Made by a program: the position numbers and the translations under genes
The notes under the pieces: generated by a model
Databases searched by the model: none
Told to the model about the DNA's origin: nothing
The model's input: the letters and a program-made list of their open reading frames with translations, nothing else
Part shown: positions 8,805 through 19,094 of the stretch, piece by piece
Numbering within the stretch: the stretch's first letter is position 1
Layout of the letters: each line of letters opens with the position of its first letter
Source: a virus
Virus record (IMG/VR): IMGVR_UViG_3300047552_000145
Span: 17,267-81,266 of that record
DNA length: 64,000 nucleotides
Strand: one strand, 5' to 3'

Positions 8805-10084
8805 TGCCTGAAATTATCAATCCCGCTAATACATTAAGATATGCTGGCGATGTTAACATCGAGAAGGTTGAAATCATCACACCCAAAGGTATCTACCAAA
8901 ACGTTAGAAACCAGATTATTCAATTAAGAATCTACGAGGATATCTTTTCTCCATTTATAACTGGATCAGTAGTATTAAAAGAATCGTTTGACTTACAATC
9001 ACTGCTACCATTGATTGGTGAAGAGTTTATCGAAATCAAAGTTTCAACTCCGACATTAGACAAACCGATCAGCGGATTGTTTCATATTTACAAGATGAAC
9101 GACAAAGTGAACCTTGGCGATAGAGCCGTTGGTTATGAGTTAAGTTTTATCTCAGCTGAATCTCTTGTTGATTCCAACAAGAAGGTTAGCAAGGTTTTTT
9201 CTGGTAAGATCTCAGACATTGTTAGAGCTTTCGTGGTTGATAAGATTGACGGTATGGAGAGCACTAAGAAGTTCAATGTTGAGAATACCCGTAACACTAT
9301 TAAGTATGTTTCTCCTTACTGGAGTCCAGTTCAGAACTTAACATTCTTATCTGAAAACTCAATCTCTGAGAACCAATCCCCATCTTTCTTGTTCTACGAG
9401 AACAGAGATGGATTCAACTTTAGATCTCTGGAGAGTCTTTACAAATCAAAGTCATTCCAACAATTTATTATGGATAAGTATTCTCGTGATAACTTCCCTC
9501 AAGGTGGTAACGCACTGAACATCTTGGAAGATTATAAACGTGTTGGTGAAATTGACTTCATTGAGTCGTACGACTACATGGATCGATTATCTGGTGGTAT
9601 GTATAACTCTAAACTGATATCATACGACTCAACTAAGAAAACTTACACTGTTAAGAACTTCGATATTAAAACTAAGTTTCCTAGACAGACTCACTTAAAC
9701 CCATACCCACTTTTCTCTGATAAAGTTGTTGGTAGAAGTAACGCTAAACAGATTCTTTTCCCAAGAGCGTTTGAAACTTTTACTTCTTTTGGTGATACAA
9801 CTAACGCACGTGTTCTTCAAGAACGTATTTCTTTCTTGAAGATGGCAGAGGCTCAAAAGATTAATATCACTGTGGCTGGTCGTTGTGATTATACAGTCGG
9901 GCAGGTTGCCGAGTTAACGCTTTACAAGAAACAACCAATGAGAAAAAGTGACAGGAACGAAGACTTGATTGATGATGTGAACAGCGGTAAATATCTAGTT
10001 TCTGCTATTAATCATCAAATATCAGTAGATGGACATACATGTTTTATTGAATTGATTAAAGATTCTATGAAGAAGAAAGTTTAA
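8804..10084 (+). CDS. Baseplate central hub protein (gp27-like)
   Basis: IYEDIFSPFITG....D/E, LPLIGEE, FLFYENRDGFNFRS, SGKYLV.A..H. Lies between genes 53 and 5. Confidence 0.65.
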   Translation: MPEIINPANTLRYAGDVNIEKVEIITPKGIYQNVRNQIIQLRIYEDIFSPFITGSVVLKESFDLQSLLPLIGEEFIEIKVSTPTLDKPISGLFHIYKMNDKVNLGDRAVGYELSFISAESLVDSNKKVSKVFSGKISDIVRAFVVDKIDGMESTKKFNVENTRNTIKYVSPYWSPVQNLTFLSENSISENQSPSFLFYENRDGFNFRSLESLYKSKSFQQFIMDKYSRDNFPQGGNALNILEDYKRVGEIDFIESYDYMDRLSGGMYNSKLISYDSTKKTYTVKNFDIKTKFPRQTHLNPYPLFSDKVVGRSNAKQILFPRAFETFTSFGDTTNARVLQERISFLKMAEAQKINITVAGRCDYTVGQVAELTLYKKQPMRKSDRNEDLIDDVNSGKYLVSAINHQISVDGHTCFIELIKDSMKKKV

Positions 10085-10086
10085 TA

Positions 10087-13000
10087 ATGGCGCAAAATAT
10101 TTACTTCGGTGTTGTTGAAAACCGTGTTGACCCGCTAGAACTTGGTCGTTGCCAAGTTCGTGTTGTAGGTTTACACACTCACGATAAGAACTTACTACCA
10201 ACATCAGACTTACCTTGGTGTGCTTCAATGCAACCAACTACTTCTGCTGCTATGAACGGTATTGGCCATACACCACTTGGACCAGTTGAAGGAACTTCAG
10301 TTGTTGTTATGTATCTTGATGATTCGTTCCAACAAGGTATTATGTTGGGTGCAGTTGGCGGTATCGCTACCAACCCTGTTCCTATTGACTTTGATGACTC
10401 TGGACCAATCGCTGAAACTGATACTGCTAGTAAAGACATTATCCGTTTAAGAAGTATCCCTGGACCACAGAATGGGCAGATTATTAAATTGTATGACCCT
10501 GAGTATAACCGTCAGGATCTTACATCAAAGTTGTCCGCCAACATGCGTGTTAGTGGTTTTGGTATTGAGTATGGTTCAGTCATTGTTTCTATTGACAATG
10601 GAACTCAAATTACAATTTCTAAACCTGTTCGAGATTATGTTGAGAACATTATTGAATTTGAACCACCATTGGCTTCCGTTCAAGCAGTTGTTGCGTCAAA
10701 GACTAACATTACGGGTTCAACGCTTGACCAAAAATCAGAAGCAGTTAAAACAACTCCAGTAAACGGAGAGATCCCAACTCTTCCACCATTACCAGAATTT
10801 AAGAATACACAAACGAAGGCTTCTGAAGGTATCAAAGCACTTATCGCTGCGTGTGATAAAGTTGGTTTGGTTACCAAAGAACAGAAGTGTGCTTTACTTG
10901 GTATCGCTGGTGGTGAATCTGGTTGGATTCCACAAAAAGAATCATACAACTATTCAGACTCTAGATTGAAACAAATCTTCAGTTTCGCAACTGATGAAGA
11001 TGTTGTCAAGTATGCTAATGCTTCTAAAAAGGGTGTAACTCGTGAGGAGTTTTTCTCTTGGTGTTATGGACCAACTAAGCGTGGTAAAGGTTTCTTTGGT
11101 CATACGAGCGATGAGATGGCTGGTAAATACTATGGTCGCGGTTTCATTCAATTGACTGGTTATTCAAACTACAAACGATACAACGACATGGCCAAAGCTG
11201 CTGGGTTGACTATTGACATCGTTAATGATCCAGATTCTCTTGATACTGACATTAACGTTTCGGCTCTTATAGCTGCACTATACATCAAAGACAGAGTATC
11301 AAAGGGTGTTAATCCAAACTCACATCCAGACTATTTCTATGCAGCTAAGAAAGCAGTTGGTGTAAACTCGCCAGATATTGCGGCTAGAAAACTTCGTTAC
11401 TATGAATACTTCTATGGTAAAGAAGGTGGCGGTGGCGTTTCTAAGGATGCAGGTGCTGCTATCCCGCCAGTTGAAGATTCAACTGATTCAAAACCAGGAC
11501 CATCTAAAAAGTCTATCGAGACTGGTTCTTTCGGTTTGGGTTTCCGTGACCCCAACAATAAGTATCCACTACAAGAATACATTGGTGAATCTGATGTGAA
11601 CCGTTTAGCCCGTGGTGTTATTGAAGGCACTGTCGTTAAGTTAAAAGACGCTAACCGCAAGATGGGTATTCCAACAGCGAGCGGTGGCCAATGGGATCAA
11701 CCTGCCGCTCCGTTTGGTGCTAAGTATCCTTTCAACAAGGTATATGAAACAGAATCTGGTCACATCCAAGAATTTGATGATACTCCTGGTCAAGAACGTG
11801 TTAACACATATCACCGTGCAGGCACATTCACTGAAGTTGACGCTAACGGTACACAGGTAAACTATATCGTTGGTGATAACTTCATCCTAATGGAACAAAA
11901 CGGTTGCATCCACGTTGCTGGTGAATGTAATATTACCGTTGATGGACAAACTAATATTCTAGCTCGTTCTGATGCTAATATCAAGGTTGAACAAAACGCC
12001 ACTGTTACGGTTGGTAACAATCTAGACCTTGGAGTTGCCAACGACTTGACTATGGCTGTCGGTGGCGACTTCTTAGCGAAGGTTGGTGGCACATTTAAAC
12101 TAGACGCTGGCGATTTGGTTATGAAATCTCAGTCAGACTATACTGTTCAATCTGTTGGAGATTATTCAGCCAAGGGTGCTAAGGTTGCGATTGAATCTGA
12201 AGGCGATGCAGATTTCAATGTAGCTGGAACTTTCAATATGAACTACTCTGAAGGTAACTTCGGTGTTAGCGCAGGTAGTGCAGCAGATGTTGGTAACGTT
12301 GAGCTTGCTGCCCCTCCAGCTGGTTCTCCGCTGAACTCTGTCATCGGGTATTCTATTGCTCCACCAAGAGAGTTTGAAGAGAAGGCTGTTGTTGAAACGC
12401 CAGACGATTGGGATACTCCAGAAGGTAGAGCTGCTGCTCAGAAACAAGCAACTTCTGAAGGTGTAGTCGGCGCAGTTGTTCTTCCTGTTGCAGATGAGGC
12501 AGCACCAACACCAACAGGCGGTTCCAACAAACCAGTGACAGTTGATAAGAACGACATTCAAAATACTCGCGACTTCACTAACGACTACCGTTTATCGAAG
12601 AACGTTGTTCTTGGTATGATGATTGCCGATAAGAAGCATATCTTAACACCTCAAATGTTACAGCCAGCTTCTGGCGGTCAAGAACGTCTATATACCGTGC
12701 AGGAAATTGTGGGTAACTTGGCTGAAACTGCTAATAATATTTTGGAGCCAATTATTGATGTGTTACCAGGGGGTCGTTCTGGTTATGGCACTCAGTGGGT
12801 TATCTCGTCAGGATATCGTTTGAAGGGTGTGGTAAAGAATGAATCGCCAACATCAGACCACTGTAAGGGGCACTGTGTTGATATTGTGTTGAAGCTACCA
12901 GACAAGTACAACAAGACGTTCGAGATGATTCAGAAGATTGAACCATTGATTGTATATGATCAACTTATCTTGGAATATCGTTTCCCAGATTCAGTTTGGA

Positions 13001-13140
13001 TTCATATGAGCTATCGTAAGGATAACAACCGTAAGATGGCGTTCACTATGGTCAATGATAAGACATACAAGCGTAACTCTAAAGGTCTACCAGCTGGATT
13101 CTTCTTGTTGAACACTATCCCACCGAAGGGTACAGTATAA
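10087..13140 (+). CDS. gp5: Baseplate hub/spike protein with OB-fold, GH19 glycosidase, beta-helix and C-terminal M15-type peptidase
   Basis: GVVENRVDPLELGRCQVRVVGLH..LPW (OB-fold); GES..KESYNYS and YYGRGFIQLTGYSNY (GH19); YPFNKVYETESGHIQEFDDTPG (gp5); SSGYR..SDHCKGHCVDI..QLILEY..WIHMSY (M15). Confidence 0.92.
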   Translation: MAQNIYFGVVENRVDPLELGRCQVRVVGLHTHDKNLLPTSDLPWCASMQPTTSAAMNGIGHTPLGPVEGTSVVVMYLDDSFQQGIMLGAVGGIATNPVPIDFDDSGPIAETDTASKDIIRLRSIPGPQNGQIIKLYDPEYNRQDLTSKLSANMRVSGFGIEYGSVIVSIDNGTQITISKPVRDYVENIIEFEPPLASVQAVVASKTNITGSTLDQKSEAVKTTPVNGEIPTLPPLPEFKNTQTKASEGIKALIAACDKVGLVTKEQKCALLGIAGGESGWIPQKESYNYSDSRLKQIFSFATDEDVVKYANASKKGVTREEFFSWCYGPTKRGKGFFGHTSDEMAGKYYGRGFIQLTGYSNYKRYNDMAKAAGLTIDIVNDPDSLDTDINVSALIAALYIKDRVSKGVNPNSHPDYFYAAKKAVGVNSPDIAARKLRYYEYFYGKEGGGGVSKDAGAAIPPVEDSTDSKPGPSKKSIETGSFGLGFRDPNNKYPLQEYIGESDVNRLARGVIEGTVVKLKDANRKMGIPTASGGQWDQPAAPFGAKYPFNKVYETESGHIQEFDDTPGQERVNTYHRAGTFTEVDANGTQVNYIVGDNFILMEQNGCIHVAGECNITVDGQTNILARSDANIKVEQNATVTVGNNLDLGVANDLTMAVGGDFLAKVGGTFKLDAGDLVMKSQSDYTVQSVGDYSAKGAKVAIESEGDADFNVAGTFNMNYSEGNFGVSAGSAADVGNVELAAPPAGSPLNSVIGYSIAPPREFEEKAVVETPDDWDTPEGRAAAQKQATSEGVVGAVVLPVADEAAPTPTGGSNKPVTVDKNDIQNTRDFTNDYRLSKNVVLGMMIADKKHILTPQMLQPASGGQERLYTVQEIVGNLAETANNILEPIIDVLPGGRSGYGTQWVISSGYRLKGVVKNESPTSDHCKGHCVDIVLKLPDKYNKTFEMIQKIEPLIVYDQLILEYRFPDSVWIHMSYRKDNNRKMAFTMVNDKTYKRNSKGLPAGFFLLNTIPPKGTV

Positions 13141-13688
13141 TGGCTGCTGTTTGGAATATTGAAGAACTTCCAAACATAGACGAGTACGTTGCGTTCAGCC
13201 ATTCGTTCACGTACTCGGACGACGAGTTTCCATCTCAAACATACACTGTTGTTTTGACTCCGTTGGAGACTAACCCAGAGACAGTCTTTATTAGTGGTAA
13301 CAACGTTTCTGGTTATTATTCGGATGTATTCAATATGTTCGTTAAGTATAAAACAAAGGCTGTACCTAACGAGTATATTGAAGTGAACAACTTTAGAAAA
13401 ATTGTGGTTGAAAAGCTGGAGCAAATTATTGAGTATAGCCCAGACTTAACGCCAAACAAGACTTACACCTATACTGCGAATGTTTACAGTGAAGGTGATC
13501 TAGTCGACACAAGAGTCTTTACAAAAATCGTTAATAATAATTGGGATTTGAATAAAGAGCTTTTACTTCGTTACATATCAAACACAACTATCGCTGACGA
13601 AACACTTTACAAACAATGGATAAATAGTATTAATGCTGCTCCAGTTAGATGGAAGAACACGTCTAACGTTGTAATTAATTGGATATAA
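13140..13688 (+). CDS. Hypothetical baseplate-associated protein
   Basis: 182 aa, coupled to gp5 by TAATG. Confidence 0.7.
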   Translation: MAAVWNIEELPNIDEYVAFSHSFTYSDDEFPSQTYTVVLTPLETNPETVFISGNNVSGYYSDVFNMFVKYKTKAVPNEYIEVNNFRKIVVEKLEQIIEYSPDLTPNKTYTYTANVYSEGDLVDTRVFTKIVNNNWDLNKELLLRYISNTTIADETLYKQWINSINAAPVRWKNTSNVVINWI

Positions 13689-13689
13689 A

Positions 13690-14400
13690 ATGCAAATCCC
13701 AAATACGTTTAAACTAAGAACTGGTGCCATTCAATTGGCAGACTTAGATGCAAACTTCGATATTATCCAAGTTACAGTAAACACGCAAGCTGAGACTATC
13801 CTTAAAGTCCAGACAGATATTTCTAACATCCAAACTTCTATTGCGAATTATTCAGCAATTCCTATTGGGTGTATTGTTATGTGGGGTGGTTCTGTATCAA
13901 ACATACCTTCTGGGTGGAGATTGTGTGATGGTACAAACAACACACCAGATTTAAGAGACAGGTTTGTTATTGGTGCTAGATCAGATTCTTCTGGACCAGC
14001 TACAACTTTCGTCACTGGCGCTGATACAAAGACTGGTGGTAATAAAGATTCTGTTGTAGTAAACCACGGACACACTGCCACATCATACGCTACATCTTCT
14101 GGCTCATTGACTTCTGATACAGACGCTTGGTCAGCTACATTTTATGCCAATGATTCTGGTTTGTATGCGGCTGGCGGCTCAGTTTCTAACGCTGGATATA
14201 ATGGGCAGACTTTTGAAGATAACTTCAGCTCATCGACTAACAATGAAAACAGGGGCGTGACTATATCTCGTTCAAGAAGTCACTCTCACACCCCAACGAT
14301 TACAACGACAGTTACAACAACTATCACAGATTCTGGACAGTCTGGTACTAACAGAAACCTACCACCATACTACGCACTGGCGTATATTATGAAGGTATAA
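13690..14400 (+). CDS. Tail-collar domain fibre-like protein
   Basis: PIGCIVMWGG..IPSGWRLCDG..TPDLRDRFVIGA collar motif, HGH/HSH motifs, and NLPPYYALAYIMK end. Confidence 0.85.
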   Translation: MQIPNTFKLRTGAIQLADLDANFDIIQVTVNTQAETILKVQTDISNIQTSIANYSAIPIGCIVMWGGSVSNIPSGWRLCDGTNNTPDLRDRFVIGARSDSSGPATTFVTGADTKTGGNKDSVVVNHGHTATSYATSSGSLTSDTDAWSATFYANDSGLYAAGGSVSNAGYNGQTFEDNFSSSTNNENRGVTISRSRSHSHTPTITTTVTTTITDSGQSGTNRNLPPYYALAYIMKV

Positions 14401-14401
14401 C

Positions 14402-14704
14402 ATGTCAGGAGTTTCAGTTATCGGGGACACTACAACAGGGCACGAAGGATACCCACCAACTAAAATGGTATCTTCTCCAGTATCTAAGACCAAGTTTAAT
14501 GGTAAGAAACCAGGAGTTGTTGACGAGGCTTGTCAATTCTTACCGCACTCTAAAGGTGTTTCAGTACACCCGCAAGATATAAGATACCCAGTTGAGGGGT
14601 CTAAAAAGACAAAGATTGAGGGTTACTATCTTGCAAGAATCGGGGATAAGTTAGCAGACGGAGACGTTATTGCTAAAGGATCTGACAACACTTTTATAGA
14701 ATAA
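14402..14704 (+). CDS. PAAR-like spike tip protein (gp5.4-like)
   Basis: IGD.TTGH.GYPP, H...H, GS....I.G...ARIGD, GS.NTF. Confidence 0.85.
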   Translation: MSGVSVIGDTTTGHEGYPPTKMVSSPVSKTKFNGKKPGVVDEACQFLPHSKGVSVHPQDIRYPVEGSKKTKIEGYYLARIGDKLADGDVIAKGSDNTFIE

Positions 14705-14705
14705 G

Positions 14706-14713
14706 AATAAATA
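14706..14713 (+). promoter_or_regulatory. Late promoter (AATAAATA) for gene 25
   Basis: Core motif 6 nt before the ATG. Confidence 0.6.
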
Positions 14714-14719
14714 ATATCT

Positions 14720-15112
14720 ATGGCAAGAAATACAAGAACGTTCTCTGATTTAGACTTTAACTTCTCCCCTCACCCAGTGACGGGGGATTTAGTACAACGA
14801 TACGACGAAAACGCTATCAAGCAATCCGTCAAAAATCTTCTTCAAATCCGCCACTATGAGAAACCATTCCATAGTGAAATTGGTAGCCCATTAAGAGAGC
14901 TACTATTTGAGAACATCACACCACTTACTGAGAAGATGGCACGTAGAGCCATCATCGACGTCATTTCTAACTTTGAACCAAGAGTTAACTTGATCGACGT
15001 CAACGTTATTGCTTCTGACGAAAATAACTCACTATACATCAATGTGGTTTTTAAAATTGTTAACACGGAACGACCAATAACTCTTGACTTCGTATTAGAG
15101 AGAACACGATAA
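14720..15112 (+). CDS. gp25: Baseplate wedge subunit
   Basis: FSDLD..F..HPVTGD, AIKQSVKNL, EKPF..EIGS, NFEPRV, LERTR. Confidence 0.95.
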   Translation: MARNTRTFSDLDFNFSPHPVTGDLVQRYDENAIKQSVKNLLQIRHYEKPFHSEIGSPLRELLFENITPLTEKMARRAIIDVISNFEPRVNLIDVNVIASDENNSLYINVVFKIVNTERPITLDFVLERTR

Positions 15113-16950
15113 TGGCACAATCATCAAAAAGAATTAAAGTTAATGCATTAGATTTTGACGAAATTAAGAGCAATCTTAAAACGTTTCTTTCTTCTCAAGA
15201 GAAATTCCAAGACTACGATTTTGAAGGGTCTTCTTTCAACATCCTGTTGGACTTACTAGCATATAATACTCACTACAACAACCTATACACTAACTTAGCT
15301 GTCAACGAGATGTTCCTTGACTCTGCTTCAAAGCGTGCGTCTGTTGTTTCTATCGCGAAGACCCTTGGATATATCCCAAGCTCTGCAGTTTGCGCAAAAG
15401 CATATGTAAACGCCACAATTACTGCGCCAACATATTTCCAGAGCGTTATTACTCTTCCAGCGAACCAGCCGTTCTTAACTTCTATCGACGGTGTATCATA
15501 TACATTCTATAACACATCTGACGTTACTACTGTTGCCGTTGGTGGTACTTATACGTTTAACGATATTGAATTGATTGAGGGCATTCCTCTAACATACAGC
15601 TACACTATTCGTCAAGGTCAGAAATACATTATCCCCAATCAGAACGTTGATCTTTCAACTTTGATTGTTAAAGTTCGTGAAACAGCTGATGATGATACAT
15701 TTATTGTTTACACTCCAGCCTCTGCTGTTACTAGCATGGACTCGAATTCTAAGTCATACTTTATTAAAGAGTTGGATGACGGCGTGTATGAAGTTTACTT
15801 CGGTGATGGTGTTGTTGGTTACAAACCGATTGATGGTAACTACCTGACATTTGAGTATTACGTTTCATCATTAGAAGGACCAAACGGTGCTAACCAGTTC
15901 TCTTATGCTGGTACTGCTCTTTTAGGTTCTGGTCTTACAGTCGTTGCTTCTACGTCAGCGGTTGGTGGTGCATCTCCAGAAGACGTTGAGGCTATCAAAT
16001 ATAACGCACCACGTATGTTCGCCGCACAGAACCGTGCAGTTACAACTGAAGATTATAAGACGCTAATCATCAGAAACTTTCCTGCAGCATCTTCTGTTGT
16101 TGTTTGGGGTGGAGAAGATAACGACCCTCCAATCTATGGTAAGACTTTCATCTGCGTTAAACCAAAAGATACTAACAAGCTAACTGATACTGAAAAAGAT
16201 TACATCAAGAATCAGATCATCGCTCCGAAGTCTGTTGTATCTATTACACCTGAGTTTATTGACCCAGAATACTTCAACGTTCAGATTGACGTTACTGCGT
16301 ACTATAACGCAAAGGTTTCTGATAAGACTCCAGCTCAGTTAGAAACCCTAATTCGTGAAGCAATCTATGAATATGATGACACAAACTTGAAGCAATTCGA
16401 CGGTGTTCTACGTTATTCTCAACTCGTTCGTTTAGTTGACGAGGTTGACCAAGCTATTGTAAACAACACAACTAAGATTCTAGTTCGTCGTGAGTTTACT
16501 CCACGATATAACCTATCAGCCGAATACAAGTTGAATATGATCAACCCGATCTTCAACTCTACTATTCCTGCAGAATCTGTTATTTCTACTGGCTTCTATA
16601 TTCCAAACACTGCCAACGTTCACTATATTGACGATGATGGTCAAGGTAACTTGCGTCTGTTCTACTATGACGCTCAACAGAACAAATACATCGTTAATCC
16701 TAAGATCGGCGAAGTTGATTACCCAAACGGCACTCTAATCGTTCGTAACTTGACTATCACTTCTATGGCTGATGCAACGTTCGAGTTTATCTTGAAGCCA
16801 GAATCTTATGACGTTGTTACAGCTTACAATCAGATCGTACAGGTTGCTCGTAACTATTTGAACGTTAAGGTTATCAACGATATGACTGCTGCTGGTTCTA
16901 ACCAAGCTGGTAAGAACTATGTCTTCACTTCTATTAGAAACCTAAAGTAA
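15112..16950 (+). CDS. gp6: Baseplate wedge subunit
   Basis: LDFDEIKSNLK.FL, DYDFEGS, LLAYNTHY, NEMFLDSA, FGDG, QNRAVT.EDY, WGGEDN.PP.YG. Confidence 0.96.
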   Translation: MAQSSKRIKVNALDFDEIKSNLKTFLSSQEKFQDYDFEGSSFNILLDLLAYNTHYNNLYTNLAVNEMFLDSASKRASVVSIAKTLGYIPSSAVCAKAYVNATITAPTYFQSVITLPANQPFLTSIDGVSYTFYNTSDVTTVAVGGTYTFNDIELIEGIPLTYSYTIRQGQKYIIPNQNVDLSTLIVKVRETADDDTFIVYTPASAVTSMDSNSKSYFIKELDDGVYEVYFGDGVVGYKPIDGNYLTFEYYVSSLEGPNGANQFSYAGTALLGSGLTVVASTSAVGGASPEDVEAIKYNAPRMFAAQNRAVTTEDYKTLIIRNFPAASSVVVWGGEDNDPPIYGKTFICVKPKDTNKLTDTEKDYIKNQIIAPKSVVSITPEFIDPEYFNVQIDVTAYYNAKVSDKTPAQLETLIREAIYEYDDTNLKQFDGVLRYSQLVRLVDEVDQAIVNNTTKILVRREFTPRYNLSAEYKLNMINPIFNSTIPAESVISTGFYIPNTANVHYIDDDGQGNLRLFYYDAQQNKYIVNPKIGEVDYPNGTLIVRNLTITSMADATFEFILKPESYDVVTAYNQIVQVARNYLNVKVINDMTAAGSNQAGKNYVFTSIRNLK

Positions 16951-16951
16951 T

Positions 16952-19084
16952 ATGGCTGAAAACAACGACCTTAGAGTTGGGCTGAAGAATTTAGCAGCCC
17001 AACAATTACCAGAGTTCGTAAGGGCAGAATATCCAACATTCGTTGCTTTCGTTGAAGCATATTATGAATTCTTGGATAATCAAGGTGTTGACCTTAAAGA
17101 AATAAGGGATATTGATAGTACTCTAGACGAGTACATCAAATATTTCAAAGCCGAACTTGCTCACAACTATCCAGTAGTTTCAACCGAGACAAACAGCGAA
17201 CGCTTCTTGTTAAAGCACATTAAAGAACAGTATCTTGCGAAAGGTTCTGAGTCTTCATATAAACTTCTATTCCGTTTGTTATATGGTAAAGACGTTTTCA
17301 TTGACTATCCTGGTCGTCAGATGCTTAGAGTTTCTGATGGTCGTTGGACACAAGACGTTTCTATTTTCGTTCAAGTCGGTCAAGGTGATCCAAACGAACT
17401 AGTTGGTAAGACAATCAGCATTCAAACTGGTAAGAAAATTTACAACACTGCAGTCGTTTCTGGCGTTGATGCATCTTCAGGTGTGACAGCCAGCGTACAA
17501 AAAGCCGTGGTTGTTGACGAGAGCCTTAATATATGGGAACTGTTCCTTGATAGAAACTTCTATGGTGAGATTTCTCCAAATAATACTGTTAAGTATGGTT
17601 CATCTTTCCAAGCAACTATCTTACCAAACACAGCTAAAATTAAGATCGTAGATGCTGGTAGAAATTTCAGACCAGGTATGGTTTTCCAGTTAAACACTGG
17701 CGAAGGTACACCATTCTGGTTTAAAGTAGCCACTGTAACAGACGTTGGTGGGTTGAAAACTATTGATGTTATCAAGTTTGGTTTATTCTATAACACCAGC
17801 TTCTCAGTTACAGTTCTACCAACATCAGCAGTATCTACAAAGACTAGAAAATTATCTCAAATATCAGACTTAACATATACCGTTACAAGTAACGGTAAGA
17901 TTGTCTTTTATGAATTGTTGAATCCTGGTCAAAACTATGTGTATCCACCTCTAGTTGAAATTACAGGTGATGGCACTGGAGCTGCCGCTCACGCCGTGAT
18001 CGTCGATGGTAAAATTACAGAGATCGTGGTTGATAGTTTTGGTGAAGGGTATTCTGCAGTATATGCACAAATCACTAATGCCCCAGGAGATATTACTGGC
18101 ACTGGTGGATCTGTTAAACCAGTTATTGGTTCAGACTACAATTACAGATTCAATGATAAAACTGACGGTTTTACTGAATCTGGTTATGTTAACTATGGCG
18201 ATTATTGGTCACATGAGTTTTCAGACGGTACATACGTTGGTACTATTGCTCGTCAGTTCTTTATTAACGCTGCTGACACATTGGGTGATAACCCAGCTGT
18301 TCTGAACGTGAGTTTAGATGCTGTTTCTAAGTATCCAGGATATTACAGAACAAACGACGGCTTCTTGGATGATTCTATGATGATCCAAGACTCGTACTAC
18401 TTCCAAGCGTTTGCTTATGTATTGAAGATCGACGAGCAACTAGAAAAGTATGCTTCTGTTGTCCGTTCTATGCTACACCCTTCTGGTATGGCTATGTTCG
18501 GCGAATACTCAATCAACAACAAGATTGCTCTTTCTGTTGGTCTTACATCTCTTGTCAAATCTCTTGGTGTTACTTTATATGATTCTGTATTGGCTGATGA
18601 CAGTTATGAGTTAGACTCCAATGGAAACGTTATCCGAGGGACTGTATTTAAAGCATACAAGTATTTGGAAACAGAATACACTAATGCGTTTACAGACTCT
18701 ACAAAGTATCTATTTACTAAGAAGTTAGAAGACTCGTACACAACATCAGAAGTATTCACTAAGGTCTTTACTAAAGGTATCGGTCTAACAGGTCAAGCTG
18801 AGACTGTATTTATGACAGAACTTGTGAATAAATATTTTGGTAAGACTGTAGAGGATACAACTAGCTTAGTTGAAATATTCGCCAAGTTATTGACGACAAA
18901 ATCATTCACGGATTTTGCTCCTATTGGCGATACTCACGCATTAACATTCACCCTAAATACCATTAATGATCCAACATCTGGTGTATATGGAGAAGATGGG
19001 TTTATTACATTAGAACCCTATGACACAGGCTCTTACCAATTAGAGCACTACGCCAACGAACGACCATCAACTTTCTCATCTTAA
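16952..19084 (+). CDS. gp7: Baseplate wedge initiator (gp7-like) with C-terminal repeat extension
   Basis: QLPEFVR.EYP.FVAF.EAYYEFL, KGSESSYKLLFRLLYG, IQDSYYFQAFAYV, HPSG..MFGE. Follows gene 6. Confidence 0.8.
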   Translation: MAENNDLRVGLKNLAAQQLPEFVRAEYPTFVAFVEAYYEFLDNQGVDLKEIRDIDSTLDEYIKYFKAELAHNYPVVSTETNSERFLLKHIKEQYLAKGSESSYKLLFRLLYGKDVFIDYPGRQMLRVSDGRWTQDVSIFVQVGQGDPNELVGKTISIQTGKKIYNTAVVSGVDASSGVTASVQKAVVVDESLNIWELFLDRNFYGEISPNNTVKYGSSFQATILPNTAKIKIVDAGRNFRPGMVFQLNTGEGTPFWFKVATVTDVGGLKTIDVIKFGLFYNTSFSVTVLPTSAVSTKTRKLSQISDLTYTVTSNGKIVFYELLNPGQNYVYPPLVEITGDGTGAAAHAVIVDGKITEIVVDSFGEGYSAVYAQITNAPGDITGTGGSVKPVIGSDYNYRFNDKTDGFTESGYVNYGDYWSHEFSDGTYVGTIARQFFINAADTLGDNPAVLNVSLDAVSKYPGYYRTNDGFLDDSMMIQDSYYFQAFAYVLKIDEQLEKYASVVRSMLHPSGMAMFGEYSINNKIALSVGLTSLVKSLGVTLYDSVLADDSYELDSNGNVIRGTVFKAYKYLETEYTNAFTDSTKYLFTKKLEDSYTTSEVFTKVFTKGIGLTGQAETVFMTELVNKYFGKTVEDTTSLVEIFAKLLTTKSFTDFAPIGDTHALTFTLNTINDPTSGVYGEDGFITLEPYDTGSYQLEHYANERPSTFSS

Positions 19085-19094
19085 AGGAGACTCT

